A DNA stretch of 64,000 nt from Vicugna vicugna. Lineage: Eukaryota. Below are positions 55,801 to 64,000 of this stretch, piece after piece (the stretch's first letter is position 1; the number at the start of each line of letters is the position of its first letter). The DNA lies in NCBI GenBank assembly GCA_013265495.1, contig MU058384.1, positions 3,643,239 to 3,707,238 of the forward strand. Direction: 5' to 3'. The notes beneath the pieces are model-generated. The model was not told where the DNA came from and searched no databases. It worked only from the letters and a program-made list of their open reading frames with translations. A program made the position numbers and the translations under genes.

Positions 55801-58579
55801 AGATAGCTCCTCATTATCTCATTAGTTCTTTGATGCCTTTATTTTAAATTTTAAATCTTGTCCAGCATTCTTAGTCTTCTTTAGTGAGAGGGTTGATCAG
55901 TATTACCTAACCTGTCATAATTAGAAGCAGAAATCTCTCCCTTATATTCATCTAGCTCTTTATCAGGAAAATTCTTTGCCCTACCTATAGGTGTTTGCAA
56001 AGGTTTCCCAAGGCCCATCTCTAAGTGGAAGTGAACATAATTTTGACCAGTAAACTTCAGTCCTGCTGCGATGCTTTTTTAAAGTGTAACGATGTCACAG
56101 ACTCTTTATGAGATTAGAATTCTATCATTCATTGACTGTGATTTAATCTTTGCCAAAAACTTCTAGGAAAGCCTGCTGTTTCTGGTAAGGATCTAATCAA
56201 TATGTTATTTTTCTATTTCCTTGAATTCCTTTTTTCCCTGATGCAGAATGCCTAGTTGTAAGCTCATATGCGCAACTGGGTATAATCTCCTCAATTCTCT
56301 CATTTATAAAGATAATATAACCAGAAAGCATTGTATCTGACTTATTTTAGATTCCTCGGAAATACTTTCACTGAATTAATATTTAATATTATGTTCTTGG
56401 CTTTAAAAATATTAAGCCTAAATTTGAAGAACATGTATAAGAACATGTACAATTTCTTATAAATACATATTTAATTGCATTGCATTGCCCAATGTCCCTT
56501 CTATCAGATTCTACATAATAAAGTCTTTATAGAATTCAGTGCCAGGTTAAGACTTGACTTTTCATATGAATATGTGTACTCTTCTGTGTTTTCTTTTTAT
56601 TTTGGCAGCCAAAACACATTTTGGCACCTAAATTTAGCAATCAGTTGAATTCTTAATTTATCCTAGCTGCTTGATACTTTTATTGGCTTTTATTGGCTTC
56701 CTTATTGCTTTCTAATAATTTACAATTATATTTACCTTGTTTTGTATGTAGCATTAAGTACTTTTTGGAATTAAGAGTATATTGTATTCCCACTTATCTT
56801 ACCTGAGGATGCACAGGAAGAGGCACACTTGTCACTGAAGCAAAAGCCAGCTAGCTAGGAGACACCTGCCCATTTCAGGTTTAAAATTCACCATTTTGCC
56901 TCTTCAGGAAGAGACCTGAAAGCACAAGATAGGCAACAGTTTTTCTCCTGTCCACCACTACCATATTAGATGTGCTTTGGGGTTAGAAGGAGGTGCTCGT
57001 TCTATATAGACAAATTGCAAAAAGCAAAACTTCTGAATGATCGAATTAGAAAAAGGCTTTCATTCCTCTTGACAGACACCCCGAGGCAGGCAGGGCACGC
57101 TGAGGGCAGGCAGGATTTCAGCACCACACCCATGTCCTCTGCCTGGTGCCCCAGCCTACACACAGGTTCCAAATTTGAGTTCTAGGTTGAAACATCTGAA
57201 TTTACACACAATCAACCGTTTCAGCTATAAAAATGGAAATTTCGTTTGGTTTCACCTATGCTCATCATACACACATGCTGTGTATGGTTAATCAACTAAA
57301 CCATGCCATTTAAGGGGGGAGAGTCTTGGGACCAAGAGAAGTAGTCTTTCAGCATTGCCTTGGGGTTTGTGTACTAGCAAGGGGTTTGTGTACTAGTAAT
57401 CAGTAACATCTTTAAAGTTATTAAATCAACTCAAAGTAAAATAAAGCAAGCAAAGTAAAACAAAACTGTATATGAAAAATGGCTCTGAAAAGATCTGGAA
57501 GGGAAGCAAAGGTGAAATGGTCTAAATACCGTAGGGTTTAGAAAATAACATTTTAGAAAATAACAATTTAGAAAAATTGTGGGTTTTAGAAAATAGCCTT
57601 ATTTGTGTAGTCAAATGCTATATGAGAATTTGGGCATTTTAGTTTTCCAGACAAGTTACCAATGACTTTCCTGTGTTTATTGTTCTGGGTCAGTATGGGG
57701 TGCAAGAGTATCTACTCTCACAGAAGTTTGGAGGTTTGACAAATTGTAGGAAATGTTAAAAAATATATGTATATCTATTAGCAGCCCATTTTTAACATTT
57801 TGTTTCTGTATGATCACTGATTTACTAAATATCTACTTTCCTAATGATATCAAGTTCAAAAGCACATGTGGGTCACATACATTCCAGTTTCCTTACTAGA
57901 AATTTACTTCTGTTGTTTAAAACCTTTAGAAAAAGCTAATGTCGTTTTGCTTCATTTAGGATAGAACTGTGCGGATACAATTGTGCAACTGTTAGGTGTT
58001 TTCCAATATTACTATTTCCTTCCTTCTTTTAACTGTTTATTATTCAATTATTTTGTGCTTCCTTTTTCCCCTAGCTTAAACGTAATTTGCAGTGTTCTTT
58101 TACCTTTTTCATAGAACTCATTCATTTCGGTCCGTGGAGATGGGAAGTCCAAATCTGTTAACTTTATTTCACTGCAACTTTCACTGCTTTCCCTAAAGTT
58201 GTAGCATTCTAGAGTTCTCTGAGAACTTACACATCTGTTTTTGCTCCCCAGATAAGTAGATACTTTTTGATTGCTCTTAAGCAATCCAGTCATTTCCCCG
58301 CCCCCACCGTGGCACAATTTAAAAAGATATATAAGTAATAACTTAATTACCCTCTTTCATCTGGCGGATGATTTGCCAAGCCGGGTATAGAACCGGTCTT
58401 CTATCTCAACTTAGTATGGCGCATTGTGGGAAATTAAAAAAAAAAAAAACTCAAATGTGAATGCTCTATCGTTCAACAGTTGGAGCTAGTCTCATTAATG
58501 ACAGTGCAGCTATTGAAAATTTGAAAATGAAAAGTACCAGAGGCCAACCCGATAAATTCAGCCTGCCACTTCCAGGGAG

Positions 58580-60440
58580 CCACCGTCATCAGTAAGCCAT
58601 TCTCCAGTCCAGGCCCGGCTGCAGGACGCTGGTTGAAATCCTCGCGTCTAGCGCAACGTAGGCTTCTCGGCGCTGCCCCAGTCCAGCCAGCGCCGCACGC
58701 GGGACTGGACCGGCCGCGGAGCGACGCGGGCTGGGGCCGGAAGGGGGCGCCGTGGCCATGAGGAACGCTGCAAATGCCCCTCGCGCTGGCTCAGAAGACC
58801 CGAGTATTCGCCAGAGAGACTTTTTTTGCGCCATCCTGTCGTCGCGTGCGCTCCCATGTTTGCCTACTCCAGGTCTTCTTGGGTGGGGGTCCGGTTGATG
58901 ACAGCAGAGAACCTTGGCCCCGCGCGGCTGTCGGGGCTGGACTGAGTGAGGTCCGGGAGCCGCGGCGCGGTCGGTTTCGTCCGGGCTTGAGCTTCCCAGC
59001 AGCGCCCTCCCCCGGGGCGGGCCCCGACTTTCGGTGCCGCGACGAGTGGGCGGCCAGAAGCCGGTGGCTGACAGGGCGAGTGGCTGCCAGGAGCGGCGAG
59101 ACTCGAGCGGCCAGGCGGGTGCTGGGACGAAGCGGCCGCGGCTATCGGAAGAGAAACGGGGCCAGGGAAGGAGGAAGAAATAGAGCAGATGAAGGGGAGC
59201 TGCCGCCAAGGAAGGAGGCGGATCCTTTCGGCGGCCACTGCCGCTGCTCCGGGACGCAGTCGAGGGAGCCCGCCCGCCCGTAAGGTGCTGTCCAGGTAGC
59301 TCCCCACCCAGAGGGCGCCTTCCCGGCCCCTCCCAGGGCGCCCGGCACGGAAGGAGCCGGGGCTGCGCTCCCGGTGGCCAGGGCGCACCGCACCCCGAGA
59401 GCGGCGCCCTTGAGCTGCACCGCGGCGCAGGTTCGCCAGCCGACTTGTCCGCCCGCCAAGAAAAGGAAGCTCTGTCCCTTCCCGCTCAACCCGGCTTCCC
59501 CACCCCTTGTACTCTACACCCTGCAGCGGGCGAGCGGCGCGGCCACGGAGGCGCCGAGGAGGGGCGAGCCGCCGCCTGGCAGCGGCGTCCCTTCGGGGGA
59601 GAGGGCGCTGGAGAGGAGGCGGCGGCGGGGCGCGGAAGGCGCGACGCGGGATGGCAGCTGCTTAGCCCGGCGCGCGCGGAGCAGCCCGGAGCTGTGGCTG
59701 GCCAGACGGTGCGGCTGGGCGGGGGACGCCGCCGCCGCCGCTGCAGCCCGGTCCGGAGAGATGAGCGCGGAGGCGGGCGAGGGCATCACTTTTTCCGTGC
59801 CACCCTTCGCCGAGGGCGGCAGCTACCGGAGGGGAGGAGCGGCAGCGGTGGCCGAGGGCGAGGAGAACCAGCTGCCACCGCCGCCACCGGGCAGCTTCTG
59901 GAACGTGGAGAGTGCCGCCGCCCCTGGCACCGGGAGTCCCAGTGCCACCTCGGGGAGCAGCGCCACCCGATGCCGGGGCAACTCTGGTGGCGGCCGACGG
60001 ACCACAGTGGCATATGTCATCAACGAAGCGAGCCAGGGGCAGCTGGTGGTGGCCGAGAGCGAGGCCCTGCAGTGCCTGCGGGAGGCGTGCGAGGCGGTGG
60101 GCGCCACCCTGGAGACCTTGCATTTTGGTAAACTGGACTTTGGGGAAACCGCGGTGCTGGACCGTTTTTACAATGCAGGTGCGTGTGCAACCCCTTCCCC
60201 ATCCTCCGCAGTCAGGGGCCACGTTTTTCCTGGTCACCAAAGGGGGGAAATTTTTTTTTCTAGATAGTTAAAGAAACAACTTCTGGGCAGCAGTACTGCT
60301 TCCTACTTACTTCTTGTCCCGCGTTAGGGGCAGCGAGCATCGCAGCGTGACTGCTCTGGGCACTCACCGCTCCTGAGAGTGTGTGTGTGCTGGTGTAAGA
60401 GCCTTATGTGTATCTGTGCGAGAGTCTGACTGAGCAGCCT
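58580..60440. promoter_or_regulatory. CpG island / MAP3K5 promoter and 5' UTR
   Basis: About 1.9 kb, very CpG-dense, spanning exon 1; GC-box-like GGGGCGGG near 59014; boundaries approximate. Confidence 0.88.
59761..60178 (+). CDS. MAP3K5: MAP3K5 / ASK1 coding exon 1 (gene continues beyond the right edge)
   Basis: gagATGa at 59761; MSAEAGEGITFSVPPFA...QLPPPPPGSFWNVESAAAPG...RRTTVAYVINEASQGQLVVAESEALQCLREACEAVGATLETLHFGKLDFGETAVLDRFYNA; donor CAG|GTGCGT at 60179; divergent adjacency to PEX7 matches known mammalian synteny. Confidence 0.96.
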
Positions 60441-62316
60441 CCTTGGGGTGCTTGTGGGCCAATTAAAGAACTTCTGTTTTCTGCATTGCGAGATATTTGC
60501 TCCAGTCAGCCCTTCTCCATTCAGTGTTTTGGTTTCTTTTCTGTTAGGTTTGGCCCATATTTCCCTTCTGTATATGCCTGTGACTGTTTGAGATGATGTC
60601 CTCATTTTTTCCTGTGTGCTTTTGAAAGTACAGAAATCAGGACTTCTGCCACCCAGCCAAGCTGCATGCAGAGTAGATCTACGCGTTTGCGTGTCATGTC
60701 ATGATCTTCCCAACTGACTTTATCTTAAGTTTAGTGGCTTAATTTCCATCTCTTACCAATTTGAATTTTCAAGTAATTACTTTCAAAAGCAAACTTTTAA
60801 TGTACACTAAACTTGTGTGGTATCTTTCTTAGGATTTTGGTGAAAGAACCAGGGTCTGTTTTTTATTACCCCATATACCGTGATAGGCTGGAAAGTATAT
60901 GATTTAAGTTGTTTAAAATACTGGTATGCTATTTTAATAACTAACATTAGACTGGCCATTAAAGTGTGCCCATTAAAGTGATTGCTAGCACAATTCATGA
61001 AAAAATATCTTTTCAGCCTATCACAGATTTCAGAAAGTGTCACTGCAGTTGTACTGACAGAAGCAGTTAGCTATGTTAGCAAATGCTAGAGAGAATAGCA
61101 TGCTATTGAAATTAACCTTTAGCACCCTTTACAGCCAATTTTGAGAATATGCATATATTTATTTTTTATGAGTGTTGATTTAATGGTGGTTTCAAAGAGT
61201 AAGTTTCTTGCCTTTGTGATCACATAGAAGGTTTTATATTCCAGTCTTGCTTCCCGTTCTGATTCTCTTCAATCTCTTCCAAACACCTGAGGTAGGCTTA
61301 TGTCAGTTTTGGAATTCAGCCAAAGTTGAATATTTTAAGAACAAGAAGAACTTCATGTTAAGGAAGCCAGACTAAATAAACTAGGACTTTCTGGTTCTAG
61401 CATATTTTATGTTTTTATAGTCTTGATCTTCATAACTGGACATGCATATAATATATTATAGCTTGGTGCTTTGTGTGGCTTACTATAAAAATTACATAAA
61501 TATAACTTTTCTAAAAATTACAGCACTTTTATTTTTGGGTTATAATTTGGAAGACGCTTCAAAGAACTGAAAGATATGTGAGAAAAACACCCAATGAAAT
61601 ACTGAGACTATTTTTATTGCACTGATAGATTGGGTTTTTTTTTTATAGGGCTCTTAAACTCTAAGCTCACTTGAAAGAGTTTCCTAACAAGGCTCACTTA
61701 CTGTTTATTCTCCAAATACTGTCTCTGAGAAAGGGAGAGAGAAAGATTAGAAGGGTCCAGACTGTATCTCATTTAATCCTCCAAACAAGTGAAGGAAGTA
61801 CTTTCTTAGATGAGAAATATGGGATTCATTCCTGGTTCAAGGTCACAGGTAATAACTGGCCAGTGCAAGATTCCACTTCTGGTGCTTGACTCTAAAAGGT
61901 CCTGCTTCGCCCTTGCTGCCTCCACTTAGCTGGGCTGAGTGCTCTCAGAATCAAGGCAGGGAAGCGCTCTATCTTGAAATCATGTGACAGAGAGCTGGCA
62001 GGGACCTGATGAGCCATCTGTGTGCAATGTGGAATAGTGGAGAAGACACACTCTTGGAAGACCAGTGTTTCTGGGCCAGCTCTGTCTCATGCCGCTGCTT
62101 TGTTCCACCTGGGCAGGCCCCAGTTTCACCCCTGCCTGTGTGAGTGACATGAAGTCTGAGCTCTCTCATTCAGTGTGTAGATGTCGAAGATGTGACAGGA
62201 TGAAGATGGTATCAGTTTTGTCCAAACGTTTTGTTTATCTAAACTGAGGGCTGCCAAGTTCCATAGTGGTAGGACTTCTCTTCTGATTTCTAAGAGAGCA
62301 CTTGTTCCTCCCCACG

Positions 62317-62630
62317 AGGGTTCAGCACATCTTTCTGTAAAGGGCCAGGTGGTAAACATTTTAGATCTTGTGGGAGGTCCCTCTCGCCACTCCTCAACTC
62401 TGCAGGTGTTGTTACTCAGTAGGAGCCATACATAGTATCTAAACAAATAATCCCAGCTGTATTTCAATAAAACTTTATTAATGGACACTGAAATATGAAT
62501 TTCGTATCATTCACAAAATATCATCCTTTTGATTTTTCCCCCCTCTAACAATTAAAAAATGTAAAAACCATTCTTAGCTTGCAAGCCTTACAAAAACAGG
62601 CCTGGCAGGGGTTTTCCCCATGCTGACCTT
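62317..62630 (+). mobile_element. hAT-Charlie MER58B-like
   Basis: tttctgtaaagggccagg...caataaaactttattaatggacactgaaat signature. Confidence 0.7.
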
Positions 62631-64000
62631 TGCTCTACATCCACTGCCTCCCCTTGAAAGGTGAATCATTAGAATCTAGTGAGAAGAACTTCATCTGTCA
62701 AGTTCCATGTGAGTTTTCAGCTTGGCTCCGCTCTGAACCACAAAATTGTGAGCAAGGCCCTTTGTCTCCTTCAGCGGCCTATAAAATTGACCAGGGATGA
62801 AAGTAAAGGGGGAAATAGAACTAAATTTCTAAGATTTCTTCATGGAATCCCTGTGAATTTGCAAAGGTAAGGCAGCGGATTGTGTCTGTGCAGACAGAGC
62901 ATCTGAATAGAGAGTTTCAAGATCTGGATTCTGATCCTGGTTCTTCTCTAACTTGGAGTGCATCATTTAAAATCTCCAGAGTGGAGGGTTGGAATAATTG
63001 TTCTCTGAGATTCCTTCCAGGCCTCCAATTCTGCACTTAAAAAGTACAACAGTACTGATAAGAGATGGAATCATTTCAGTCCATAAAGTGAATGAACTGT
63101 CATGTTCCCACTCCAGAAGCTCAGGGTTAGTGAGAAGCACAGATTCAAGTCCTGGTTGAGGTGGGGCCTCTGTCAGGGTCCGCACAGAATGTCTTGGGCT
63201 TCCAGGAGATAGCCCCTATTGTCAAACGGGGGAAGGGGTGGTGTGGAGGGGGTGGTTCAAAGGTGACCCCTAACCTGAGATAGAACGGTAAGCAAGAAGG
63301 GCTTAACAAGGGCTTCAGCATTTAAAAGGGAATGTTGGTGTTCCAATAGCTCAAGTTAATGGAATGAGTAAGACCATAAAAGTCAGTTACATTTTTACAA
63401 GCTTCCATTATGCGTCCTGGCAGCTTTCTAAAGGATAGATTGCAGTTAAAGGATTTCACTGATTTTCTCTATTTGACGATCATTTAACTGTCATTGAATT
63501 TGTTCTTTGACTACACTGGTCATTCTCTCATTCTTGTTCTGAGAGGAAACTAATGTTCTATCAAAGATTTTATGGAAATTTGTCATACTTCCATACACGA
63601 GACTATCTCTCAGAGATGGCAAAGGCCAAGCTAACAACAGCCCTTCCCAGCCCCCTGCACTGTAGGCAGTAAATTTCTATAAAGGCTAAGAGACAGTGAT
63701 ACAGATGTCAGTGATGCAGAGCTACTCCAGGTAGACAGACCCCCAACTAGCAGGGTCTCAAAAAAATTTTTTTAAATGAACATCAGTTTTAGGAAGTGTA
63801 GCTAGAATAGGCCTTATTATTCTCCTACTTTGCTTATGAGAAAACTGAACCATAAAGAAGTTACATTTGTTCATTCATGTTAAATGATTTAAGGTTGCTG
63901 CTTAGAACCAGGAGCACACTTTTCTTAGAAGCAGTATTATAGATGGTGGTTAGATTTGGGACTAGGCTATAAGTAGCCTTGTTAACTAAGTGCCCCTGAA

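Noticed and set aside
57362..57600. Short tandem duplications (ggggtttgtgtactag x2; ttagaaaa x4), similar to the 20-bp pair at 11372-11411
   Set aside because: Ordinary slippage repeats with no spacer structure; not CRISPR-like
58589..60271. Many overlapping 75-230 aa ORFs on both strands
   Set aside because: Expected in a CpG island with few stop codons; low-complexity Arg/Pro/Ala/Gly content and no recognisable domain

Overview
Mammalian genomic window, very probably camelid given its vic-1-like tRNA-derived SINEs. It holds two divergently transcribed genes about 28 kb apart. PEX7 (minus strand) is represented by coding exons 1-7, all GT-AG and phase-compatible; its 3' exons lie left of the window. 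MAP3K5/ASK1 (plus strand) is represented by coding exon 1 and the start of intron 1. Each gene has a CpG-island promoter. The rest is intronic or intergenic DNA rich in L1, L2, MIR, MaLR/ERV LTRs, hAT/Tigger DNA elements and SINEs, with one 912-nt assembly gap. I found no convincing new multi-gene system. The strongest leads are: (1) an old ~560-bp intergenic duplication whose core is better conserved than its flanks and keeps two inverted repeats; (2) an ASK1 N-terminus that appears to have lost and gained redox-relevant cysteines relative to human; (3) uORF and near-cognate start architecture at both genes; (4) two convergent solo LTRs 43 bp apart upstream of MAP3K5; (5) a 5'-inverted L1 spanning the gap. 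Comparisons with human proteins and repeat family names come from memory and need alignment or RepeatMasker confirmation.
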